From assembly GCF_017876815.1 (NCBI RefSeq), contig NZ_JAGIOS010000001.1, positions 3,300,001-3,332,000 on the forward strand: a stretch of DNA of 32,000 nucleotides, in the 5' to 3' direction. Below are positions 17,365 through 24,750 of the stretch, one piece after another (the first letter of the stretch is position 1; every line of letters begins with the position of its first letter). The position numbers and the translations under genes are program-made. The DNA comes from Sinorhizobium meliloti (GTDB taxonomy: Bacteria > Pseudomonadota > Alphaproteobacteria > Rhizobiales > Rhizobiaceae). Below the pieces are notes generated by a model. The model made no database searches. It worked only from the letters and a program-made list of their open reading frames with translations, and was not told where the DNA came from.

Positions 17365-17628
17365 TCAATGGACGGTGCGGATCGACTGATCGAGAAAGCT
17401 GCGTATCCCGTCGCGATGGACGGTCGCCAGAAATTCCTGGAAAGCATCGCGGTCGGTAGCGAACTGATCATCCCAGACGGTCGAATATCCCTCTTGATCG
17501 ACGACCTCGAGCGTCCAGTCTGCGTTGCTGCCGGCCGGGCGGTATATGCCGATAGTGACCATGATGTCGTCGTCGACGAATTCGCCGGAGAACTCGGAAA
17601 ACTCGTACTGCTGTTCGTTTTCGGTCAT
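17365..17628 (-). CDS. hypothetical acidic 87-aa protein
   Basis: ORF with a weak SD (AAGAGA). The composition is protein-like, but I recognise no family. Confidence 0.5.
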   Translation of the reverse strand: MTENEQQYEFSEFSGEFVDDDIMVTIGIYRPAGSNADWTLEVVDQEGYSTVWDDQFATDRDAFQEFLATVHRDGIRSFLDQSIRTVH

Positions 17629-17667
17629 CGATCTCTTATAGCATGCGAGAGTGCCGAGGGGCAGCCT

Positions 17668-17811
17668 TCATGACGTCACCCCTGTATGTACGCAGGTATA
17701 TCTGTTCGGGTCCCAGGTGCCGTCCTGACAGGGGACATCGGCAAATCCGGATACGAGCAGGAACAACAGCAGCACTGCGATCAGAATGGCCGCCAGGGCG
17801 AGCAGTCTCAT
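17668..17811 (-). CDS. candidate 47-aa secreted peptide with two Cys in a 23-aa mature part
   Basis: It is not in the ORF track. The sequence is MRLLALAAILIAVLLLFLLVSGFA|DVPCQDGTWDPNRYTCVHTGVTS. Hand-counted GC3 is ~70%. There is no clear SD. Confidence 0.4.
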   Translation of the reverse strand: MRLLALAAILIAVLLLFLLVSGFADVPCQDGTWDPNRYTCVHTGVTS

Positions 17812-18074
17812 GGCGCGCACGTTACGCTTCAATATCGCTTACTCCAGACCACGTGTTGATGCGAGTGATTTGCTCAATTCTGGTTGTGCAGGGCGATTTG
17901 ATTTATTGCTTTTTATACGAAGCCCGCAGCACGGATGTAGTGCTACCAAGGCATAAAGACTAACTCGAATCGGCGGACTGGCATAACGGCGTCAAACGGA
18001 GCCGCGTTTACGGACACGCGCTCACCAACTTAGACGTGGCTCCTGTCCAAGCGCCATGCTGATCTTTTCAGCGT

Positions 18075-18164
18075 TCAACCGAAGGCAAATGGCAGCCACA
18101 CGAGCACAAAGGCGGAGATGATGATCACTGCCACCGCAATCAATTCACCTCTTCGTCCCATCAT
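18075..18164 (-). CDS. candidate 29-aa single-TM peptide
   Basis: It is not in the ORF track. The sequence is MMGRRGELIAVAVIIISAFVLVWLPFAFG. It lies 25 nt downstream of the previous minus-strand ORF. The SD is weak. Confidence 0.3.
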   Translation of the reverse strand: MMGRRGELIAVAVIIISAFVLVWLPFAFG

Positions 18165-18189
18165 CTACGGCCATTCGGAAATTATGTCG

Positions 18190-18369
18190 CTAACTTGGGG
18201 CAAACAGCAGAACCACAGCGATAACGATCAACAGCGGCCCCATCCAGAGAAAGTGCCTTGTAAGTTGAACGAGCCACGGCATTTGAGTGTTCGTCTGAAC
18301 GAAGCCAAAGCCTGACGCTGTCATCCAGAGACCGGCGCCAAACATGATTATTTGATCGATATTGGCCAT
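18190..18369 (-). CDS. candidate 59-aa two-TM membrane protein
   Basis: It is in a different frame from the 64-aa track ORF. The sequence is MANIDQIIMFGAGLWMTASGFGFVQ...LWMGPLLIVIAVVLLFAPS. It lies 20 nt downstream of the 18390-18695 ORF. Confidence 0.4.
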   Translation of the reverse strand: MANIDQIIMFGAGLWMTASGFGFVQTNTQMPWLVQLTRHFLWMGPLLIVIAVVLLFAPS

Positions 18370-18389
18370 TCGTCACAGGTTCGAACGTG

Positions 18390-18695
18390 TTACTTGGTCG
18401 GCTTCACAAGCGAGATGACCCGCGGCTTAGACGGCGCGTCCAGCCATTCGATCCACGTGTCCCGTTCCTCGATCGTGTCGAAAAACCGCCAGAGCTTGTA
18501 CTCTTCTTCGGTGGTGTCCAGCATCTCGCCGACTGTCACGAGTTCCAGGGGCAATGTAACCTCGTTGCCGTCGAACCGAACGAAATAGAGTCCCTCGGCA
18601 GCAAGACGGATCACTTGACCAGTGGAGTAACTCCCATCGGGGGCGTCCATCGTGAAGTACATGCCGGTCAAGGTCTCAAAAATTTTGCTGCTCAT
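18390..18695 (-). CDS. hypothetical 101-aa protein
   Basis: I take the internal start MSSKIFETL... of the 149-aa track ORF. GC is lower than the surroundings. I recognise no family, and the SD is weak. Confidence 0.5.
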   Translation of the reverse strand: MSSKIFETLTGMYFTMDAPDGSYSTGQVIRLAAEGLYFVRFDGNEVTLPLELVTVGEMLDTTEEEYKLWRFFDTIEERDTWIEWLDAPSKPRVISLVKPTK

Positions 18696-18847
18696 CGGTT
18701 TCACATGCCAGTTCAAGAAATGGGAATCAGAGATTCGCCCAGGCCGCCGGCAAACGCAAGAGATCACTATGATAGGTGAGGGCCGACAGGCACCGCGCTG
18801 ACTGGGAGGCAATAGAGCGCGCGAGTATGGCGTCGGCAAGGGCGCAG

Positions 18848-18923
18848 TGGTGAGCGCGCAGGGATTCGAACCCTGGACCTACTGATTAAAAGTCAGTTGC
18901 TCTACCGGCTGAGCTACGCGCTC
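18848..18923 (-). tRNA. tRNA-Lys: tRNA-Lys (anticodon UUU), CCA encoded
   Basis: The reverse complement is GAGCGCGTAGCTCAGCCGGTAGAGCAACTGACTTTTAATCAGTAGGTCCAGGGTTCGAATCCCTGCGCGCTCACCA. It folds into a 7/4/5/5 cloverleaf with a TTCGAAT T-loop and the anticodon loop CT-TTT-AA. Confidence 0.95.
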
Positions 18924-18959
18924 CCATACCGGGCCTTGAGGCCCGGCGGAGTGGCCGGA

Positions 18960-18988
18960 CATATGCACGCAGGCTTTGCGCCGGTCAA
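18960..18988 (-). promoter_or_regulatory. sigma70-like promoter for tRNA-Lys
   Basis: The minus strand reads TTGACC-N17-CATATG, about 37 nt upstream of the mature tRNA 5' end. Confidence 0.45.
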
Positions 18989-19145
18989 CCCAAAAATTGC
19001 ATTGAGGCCCGAGTTTATAACGGCTGCTGCGAGATGGGTAATGGCGTTGAAGCTCTGGTCGGTTTTGTTGGGTACGCCTGGCGCGATGCACTTGAATTCC
19101 TTGAGTACCGACTGCCTGGCCTAGGAAAGCTTTCGGAGGACTGCA

Positions 19146-19328
19146 ATGTCTCCTCACCCTCATCTCTGTGCTTGTCACAGAGATCCAGCAGCGCCGCGGC
19201 GGCGGGCGCGGGAAGAGTTCTTTCAGACCAAGGACTTGGTCTGGCTGGATCCCTGTGACGAGCACAGGGAGGAGGAAATCAAACAAGTCGCGGCGGGTAT
19301 CCCGAATCTCAAGAGGCCTAGACCATGA
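19146..19328 (+). CDS. candidate 60-aa Cys/His-containing ORF upstream of ccdA (may instead be structured non-coding DNA/RNA)
   Basis: GGAGGA SD lies 5 nt before the ATG. The stop overlaps an ATG (ATGA) at 19325. The ORF contains three palindromes and has only moderate GC3. Confidence 0.25.
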   Translation: MSPHPHLCACHRDPAAPRRRAREEFFQTKDLVWLDPCDEHREEEIKQVAAGIPNLKRPRP

Positions 19329-19480
19329 TTATGGATTCGGAGCGAGCGGCTGCGCGGCGGACCGCTCGTCTTCGGCGCGGCTATGGCTCCGTGCGTCAAA
19401 ATGATCGCCAAAAGGTGATTGGTTTCGCTCCATACATGCGGGTAAGAAGGCGGCAAGTCGAGTGCCGGAGTTCTGATACC

Positions 19481-20224
19481 TTGTCGATTGCAGATATTTC
19501 CATCTGGACCGCCGTTCTTGCAGGTGCTCTGTCCTTTCTCTCGCCCTGCGTCCTGCCTCTGGTGCCGCCTTACCTGTGCTACATGGCAGGCGTTTCCGTC
19601 GATCAGTTCCGGGACGGAAATGCAGTGGCAACCGCAAGCACGCGCAGGGCCGTGCTGCCGGCGGCGTTGTTCTTCACGCTCGGCTTTGCGACGGTCTTCG
19701 TGGCGCTCGGAGCAGGCGCCTCTTCGATCGGTCTTTTGCTCAGGCAGCATCTCGATCTTCTTTCGCGCATCGGCGGGATCATCATCATCATCATGGGGCT
19801 GCATTTCCTCGGGGTCTTCCGGATCGGACTGCTTGCCCGCGAGGCACGTTTCCAGGGCGGCAAGCCGGCGACCCTGTCGGGAGCCTATGTGATGGGCCTT
19901 GCCTTCGCCTTCGGCTGGACACCGTGTATCGGCCCGGTACTCGGCACCATCCTGGGTGTTGCCGCCGCGCGCGATACGGTCGCCGACGGCGCTGCTCTGC
20001 TGGCGATCTATTCGCTCGGACTCGCAGTACCGTTCTGGATCGCGGCGGGCTTTTCCAGTGCCTTCATGCGTTTTCTTTCGCGTTTCCGCCGCCATCTGGG
20101 GCTCATCGAAAAGCTGATGGGCGCTCTGCTTGTCGCCGCCGGCCTTGCTTTCCTCTTCGGTTTCGTCAGTTCCGTCGCGATCTGGTTCCAGCAGACCTTC
20201 CCAATTCTCTCCCAAATCGGCTAA
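19481..20224 (+). CDS. ccdA: cytochrome c biogenesis thiol-disulfide transporter CcdA (DsbD-family core)
   Basis: The TTG start has GGAG 10 nt upstream. The product is hydrophobic, ~247 aa, and carries LSFLSPCVLPLVPPYL and GWTPCIGPVLG, the two conserved Cys motifs. Confidence 0.85.
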   Translation: MSIADISIWTAVLAGALSFLSPCVLPLVPPYLCYMAGVSVDQFRDGNAVATASTRRAVLPAALFFTLGFATVFVALGAGASSIGLLLRQHLDLLSRIGGIIIIIMGLHFLGVFRIGLLAREARFQGGKPATLSGAYVMGLAFAFGWTPCIGPVLGTILGVAAARDTVADGAALLAIYSLGLAVPFWIAAGFSSAFMRFLSRFRRHLGLIEKLMGALLVAAGLAFLFGFVSSVAIWFQQTFPILSQIG

Positions 20225-20238
20225 GCACGCCCAGCTAC

Positions 20239-20342
20239 AGCTTCCGGACGGGGAAACCTTACCCACTTTTCCGGGAAGCGCTGAGTTTTTGAACAACGCA
20301 CTTCCAGACGGAAAACCGCTACGCATTTTTCCTGGAAGCGCT
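20239..20342. repeat. two tandem ~44-bp palindromic intergenic units (60-bp period), RIME/REP-like
   Basis: The units are AGCTTCCGGACGGGGAAACCTTACCCACTTTTCCGGGAAGCGCT (20239-20282) and CACTTCCAGACGGAAAACCGCTACGCATTTTTCCTGGAAGCGCT (20299-20342). Both are related to CGGAAAAGCGCATAGACTTTTTCCG at 14285-14309. Confidence 0.7.
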
Positions 20343-20363
20343 TCTGCAGCGGCGAGGGAGATC

Positions 20364-21326
20364 ATGGCGGAAATCACGGGTCTGGTGCTGCCGTTCTTCG
20401 GCCTCATCTTTCTCGGCTACCTGACGGCGCGACTCGTCGACCATCCGGGCGAGGCGATGGGCTGGCTGAACACGTTCATCGTCTACCTGGCGCTGCCGGC
20501 GCTCTTCTTCAAGCTGGTATCGCGCACGCCGGTGGAAGAGCTTACCCGTGCCGATTTCATCCTGACCAGCGTGGGCACGACCTATGTCGTCTTTGCGCTG
20601 ATCTTCGCCATAGGGCTGTTCCTGCGCCGCAATACGGTTGCCGAGGCGACGATGCAGGGCTTCGCCGGTGCTTATGGCAATATCGGCTACATGGGCCCCG
20701 GTCTGGCGCTGCTGGCCCTCGGGGAGACGGCGGCCGTTCCGGTAGCGCTGATCTTCTGCTTCGAGAATGCAGCGCATTTCACCGTCGCTCCGGCGATGAT
20801 GGCGGCTGCGGGCGGCAGCAAGCAGAAGCCGGCAGTCGTCGCACTCGGCATTGCGCGCCGAATAGCGTTTCATCCATTCATCCTGTCGACCTTTGCCGGC
20901 GTCGCCGCGGCTTTTCTCTCTTTCGAACCCCCGCTGCCGCTGCAGCGGCTTATCGACTATCTGGCGCAAGCGGCGGCGCCTTGCGCCCTTTTTGCGATGG
21001 GGGTCACGCTTGCGCTGCGCCCGCTCAAGCGTATTCCTGCAGAGATCGGCTACATCGTTCCGGCGAAGCTCGTGCTTCATCCGGTGCTCATGTACCTGGC
21101 GCTCAGCCTTGGCGGTGCCTACGATCCCATCTGGGTACAGACAGCCGTGCTGCTCGCCTCCTTGCCGACCGCAACCAATGTCTTCGTGATCGGCCAGCAA
21201 TACGGCGTCTGGCAGGAGCGGGCATCGGCGACGATCCTCATCACGACGTTGCTTTCGGTCGCGACGGTGACCGGCCTGCTTTATCTGATACGCTCAGGCG
21301 CTCTTCCGGCGGATCTGTTCCCGTAA
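20364..21326 (+). CDS. AEC (auxin efflux carrier) family transporter
   Basis: ATG follows GGGAG. The ~320-aa product has ~10 TM segments, starting MAEITGLVLPFFGLIFLGYL... and containing ...LPTATNVFV.... Confidence 0.85.
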   Translation: MAEITGLVLPFFGLIFLGYLTARLVDHPGEAMGWLNTFIVYLALPALFFKLVSRTPVEELTRADFILTSVGTTYVVFALIFAIGLFLRRNTVAEATMQGFAGAYGNIGYMGPGLALLALGETAAVPVALIFCFENAAHFTVAPAMMAAAGGSKQKPAVVALGIARRIAFHPFILSTFAGVAAAFLSFEPPLPLQRLIDYLAQAAAPCALFAMGVTLALRPLKRIPAEIGYIVPAKLVLHPVLMYLALSLGGAYDPIWVQTAVLLASLPTATNVFVIGQQYGVWQERASATILITTLLSVATVTGLLYLIRSGALPADLFP

Positions 21327-22505
21327 ACCCTCCTTGAACGCCTGCAGCGCGCTGCCGGGATGTATTCCCTCGCGCATCAAAAGTCCGCGCAACGGCCCCG
21401 CAGAGGAGAGGAGATGCAGGCCGGCCGCACGCAGGGCCTGCACCGGCAGGAAATTGGAGAGCAGCGAACGGTTGAGCAGGTCGACGCTCGCCGTTCGGCT
21501 GAGAATGTCGGCGCGCCGCCGGCCATCGAAGCGGTCGCCTGTGTCTGCCGGCAGGCGGCTGCCGGTTGGCCGGCCGATGAGATCGACAAGGGTCATGATG
21601 TCGCGAAGACTGAGGTTCAGCCCTTGGGCCCCGATTGGTGGAAAGGCATGGGCGGCTTCGCCGACGAGCAGGGTGCGGCCCTTGCCGAAACGACGGGCGG
21701 AAAGGCCGGAAAGCGGAAATGATTGCGGCATTCCCTCCGTCGTGACTTTGCCGAGAATCGACTGCATTCGGTCCTCGATGGTGCGCGAGAGGACGTCCGG
21801 TGCAAGCGTCAGCGTCTCCTCGGCGTCCCGGGGCTTGCGAACCCAGACCAGGCTCGAGCGGTTGCCGGGAAGAGGCACCTGCGTGAACGGACCGCCCTCC
21901 GTATGGAACTCGGTCGAAACGTCCTGGTGCGGCAGTTCGTGGCTGAAATTCAGGACGATAGCGGCCTGCGGATAGGACCAAGTGCGAACGCCGATCCCGG
22001 CGGCCTCGCGCACCGCCGAGCGTCGCCCGTCTGCGCCGACCACCAGGTCGGCAGTAATCGAGCGGTCATCGCCAAGACCGATCCGAACCTCTGCGCCGTC
22101 GATGTCGAATCTCGTTGCCGCGGCGGTCGCACGCTCGAGCGTCGGCAGTCCCGCTTCGTGCCGTTCCAGAATCTCCAGGAAGGGCGCGTTCGGAATGTTG
22201 TAGCCGAAAGCATCGAGGCCTACTTCGGAGGCGCGGAAATTGACCGGAGGCGCCCGAAAAAGCCGCGAGGTCCCGTCGAGGATGCGAATGGCGACGAGCG
22301 GCGCAGTCAGCGGCTCGACCTCACCCCAAAGATCGAGCTTCTTCAGATATTCGATCGACTGGTCCATGAGCGCGGTGGTGCGGCCGTCGGCGATGGCAGG
22401 CCGCGGGCCGACGAGCGCCACGCGGTGACCTTCGCGGGCAAGAGCGATCGCCGCCAGAGAGCCGGCAAGCCCCGCGCCGATAATTGCGATGTCATAGTGA
22501 TCCAT
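21294..22505 (-). CDS. FAD-dependent monooxygenase, UbiH/UbiF/VisC/COQ6 family
   Basis: MDHYDIAIIGAGLAGSLAA (GxGxxG), DGxxS and GEAAHAFPPIGAQGLNLSLRD (FAD fingerprint). The 3' end overlaps the AEC gene by 33 nt. Confidence 0.85.
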   Translation of the reverse strand: MDHYDIAIIGAGLAGSLAAIALAREGHRVALVGPRPAIADGRTTALMDQSIEYLKKLDLWGEVEPLTAPLVAIRILDGTSRLFRAPPVNFRASEVGLDAFGYNIPNAPFLEILERHEAGLPTLERATAAATRFDIDGAEVRIGLGDDRSITADLVVGADGRRSAVREAAGIGVRTWSYPQAAIVLNFSHELPHQDVSTEFHTEGGPFTQVPLPGNRSSLVWVRKPRDAEETLTLAPDVLSRTIEDRMQSILGKVTTEGMPQSFPLSGLSARRFGKGRTLLVGEAAHAFPPIGAQGLNLSLRDIMTLVDLIGRPTGSRLPADTGDRFDGRRRADILSRTASVDLLNRSLLSNFLPVQALRAAGLHLLSSAGPLRGLLMREGIHPGSALQAFKEGLREQIRRKSA

Positions 22506-22848
22506 GGTCGACAGGACCTCCCATGCGGTTGCCCGCTTTCGTCTCGATATCACAGCCTGAAGTGCCCGCATTCATCCGAAGCCCTTCAGCGTGTTGCTTC
22601 GTGCCCGCATCTTCGGGCGACATGCATTAGTTCTAGCCGCTTAGCTCATTGAAATAAATGGGCAGATTCAGCGCAGGGGCACGCGCCGCATGTCCACAGG
22701 ACAATGCCGCCCCAAGGCGACGAACGTTTGGAATTTGCTGGCGATGCTCGGCAAACGGTGCATATTACGGCCAAAGCGGTGCCGGTGCTGAAATAGCGGC
22801 TGACCGGCGGCGCAGAGGGACGGGACAAGGGACAGGGCGGCTTCGCAC

Positions 22849-23574
22849 ATGAAGTTCTTCAATTACAGACGCGTTCCTTACGCGGAAATACGCGCCTTTT
22901 CCGTGCATATCCTCACAGCGTCCGGATCGTTCCTGGCCTTTCTCGGTGTCGTCGCTGCGGCAGAGCACCGCTTCGTCGACATGTTCTGGTGGCTCGGTCT
23001 GGCCTTGCTCGTCGACGGCATCGACGGGCCGATCGCCCGCAAGGTCCAGGTCAAGGAGGTGCTGCCCAACTGGTCCGGCGATACGCTCGACAACGTCATC
23101 GACTACGTGACCTATGTGCTGCTGCCGGCCTTCGCGCTCTACCAGAGCGGCATGATCGGCGAACCCTGGTCGTTCGTGGCCGCCGGCGCGATCGTGGTTT
23201 CCAGCGCTATCTACTATGCGGACATGGGAATGAAGACGGACGAGTATTTCTTTTCCGGATTTCCGGTCGTCTGGAATATGGTCGTCTTCACCCTTTTTGT
23301 GATCCAGGCGAGCGAAGTCACTGCATCGATTGTCGTTTTCCTATCGGTGATATTGACGTTCCTGCCGATCAACTTCCTGCATCCGGTGCGTGTGAAAAGG
23401 CTGAGGCCGCTCAATCTCGGCATCTTTCTCGTCTGGTCGGTGCTCGGAATGTATGCGTTGCTCCTGCATTTCGAGACCCCGCCCTGGGTAGTGGTGGGCG
23501 TCGTGGCAACCGGGCTTTACCTCTACGTCATCGGTTTCATACTGCAGATCTTCCCGAAACTCGGGCGTGCCTGA
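22849..23574 (+). CDS. pcs: phosphatidylcholine synthase
   Basis: The 241-aa membrane protein has the CDP-alcohol phosphatidyltransferase motif DGIDGPIARK...G...D...D. I recall its N-terminus MKFFNYRRVPYAEIRAFSVHILTASGSFLAFLG matching rhizobial Pcs. Confidence 0.88.
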   Translation: MKFFNYRRVPYAEIRAFSVHILTASGSFLAFLGVVAAAEHRFVDMFWWLGLALLVDGIDGPIARKVQVKEVLPNWSGDTLDNVIDYVTYVLLPAFALYQSGMIGEPWSFVAAGAIVVSSAIYYADMGMKTDEYFFSGFPVVWNMVVFTLFVIQASEVTASIVVFLSVILTFLPINFLHPVRVKRLRPLNLGIFLVWSVLGMYALLLHFETPPWVVVGVVATGLYLYVIGFILQIFPKLGRA

Positions 23575-23620
23575 GCGCGATCGATAGGCTCGGCGCGAAA
23601 TCATTGCAATCGGTTAGGAG

Positions 23621-24604
23621 TTGGACATGGCACAGGCGATCGTCGTTCGCGAACTTGGCGGACCGGAAGTTCTGAAGATGGAGGGCGTTACGCTGGCGGC
23701 GCCCGGACCCGGCGAAGTGCAGATCCGGCAGGTGGCGATCGGCCTCAATTTCATCGACGTCTACTTTCGCACCGGCCTTTACAAGTCGGCGACCGGGCTT
23801 CCCTTCATTCCGGGCAAGGAAGGCGCCGGAGTAGTGACTGCAGTGGGTGACGGGGTGAGCATGTTCTCGGTCGGCGACCGCGTCGCCTACGCATCCGCTG
23901 ATGGCGCCTATGCCAGCGAGCGCAACGTAGACGCCTCGCAACTCTTGAAGGTGCCGGAGGGAATCAGCCTCGAGACGGCGGCTGCGATGATGCTCAAGGG
24001 CATGACCGCGCAATACCTTCTCAACCAGACCTTCAAGGTGGGCCCGGAGACGACCTTGCTCTTTCACGCCGCCGCCGGCGGCGTCGGGCTCATTGCGGGG
24101 CAGTGGGCCAAGGCACTTGGTGCGACGGTGATCGGAACGGCCGGATCGCAGGAGAAGATCGATCTGGCTCTTGCCCATGGCTACGACCACGTCATCAACT
24201 ACCGCACGGACAATTTCGTCGAGCGCGTCAAGGACTTGACCGGAGGGCGCGGCGTCGACGTCGTCTATGATTCCGTTGGGCGCGACACCTATCCGGCCTC
24301 GCTCGACTGCCTGAAGCCGCGCGGTCTCTGGGCCAGCTTCGGCAATTCCTCCGGGCCGGTGGATGCTTTCAACATCGGCATCCTGGCGCAGAAGGGTGCG
24401 CTCTATGCGACGCGCCCGACGCTCTTCACTTACGTCGCGACCCGGCCGGCCCTGGAGGCATGTGCAAATTCCCTGTTTGATGTTGTGCAAAGCAACAAAG
24501 TGCGTATCAATATCAACCAGACCTATCCGCTCGCCGAAGCCGGTCGGGCGCATACGGATCTCGAAACAAGAAAAACAAGTGGAACGACATTGCTGATTCC
24601 CTGA
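23621..24604 (+). CDS. qor: NADPH:quinone oxidoreductase (zeta-crystallin-like MDR family)
   Basis: The sequence includes MAQAIVVRELGGPEVL..., the AAGGVG nucleotide-binding motif, and the C-terminal ...SGTTLLIP typical of Qor. Confidence 0.8.
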   Translation: MDMAQAIVVRELGGPEVLKMEGVTLAAPGPGEVQIRQVAIGLNFIDVYFRTGLYKSATGLPFIPGKEGAGVVTAVGDGVSMFSVGDRVAYASADGAYASERNVDASQLLKVPEGISLETAAAMMLKGMTAQYLLNQTFKVGPETTLLFHAAAGGVGLIAGQWAKALGATVIGTAGSQEKIDLALAHGYDHVINYRTDNFVERVKDLTGGRGVDVVYDSVGRDTYPASLDCLKPRGLWASFGNSSGPVDAFNIGILAQKGALYATRPTLFTYVATRPALEACANSLFDVVQSNKVRININQTYPLAEAGRAHTDLETRKTSGTTLLIP

Positions 24605-24750
24605 CCGAAGCCTTACGGCGCCGGCGTCTTATCGGACGCGAAGGTCGCTGTAGTCTTCACGTTGCTGCAGGTTCCTGTCGATTGATCGGGTACGATCAAA
24701 GCAAGCGTGCAGTAAGGCGGGCGGGGATCGAAGAGGGGAAAGAGGGCAGC

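Noticed and set aside
18017-18027. 11-nt match (CGCGCTCACCA) to the 3' end of tRNA-Lys, ~820 bp from the tRNA, as a possible att repeat bounding the islet.
   Set aside because: It is in inverted orientation relative to the tRNA gene, whereas integrase-generated att repeats are direct. It is also short and GC-rich, so chance cannot be excluded.
19325-19480. Long version of ccdA starting at ATG 19325, which adds 52 N-terminal residues.
   Set aside because: The extension is Arg-rich with low third-position GC. CcdA proteins normally begin just before TM1, and TTG 19481 has a properly spaced GGAG.
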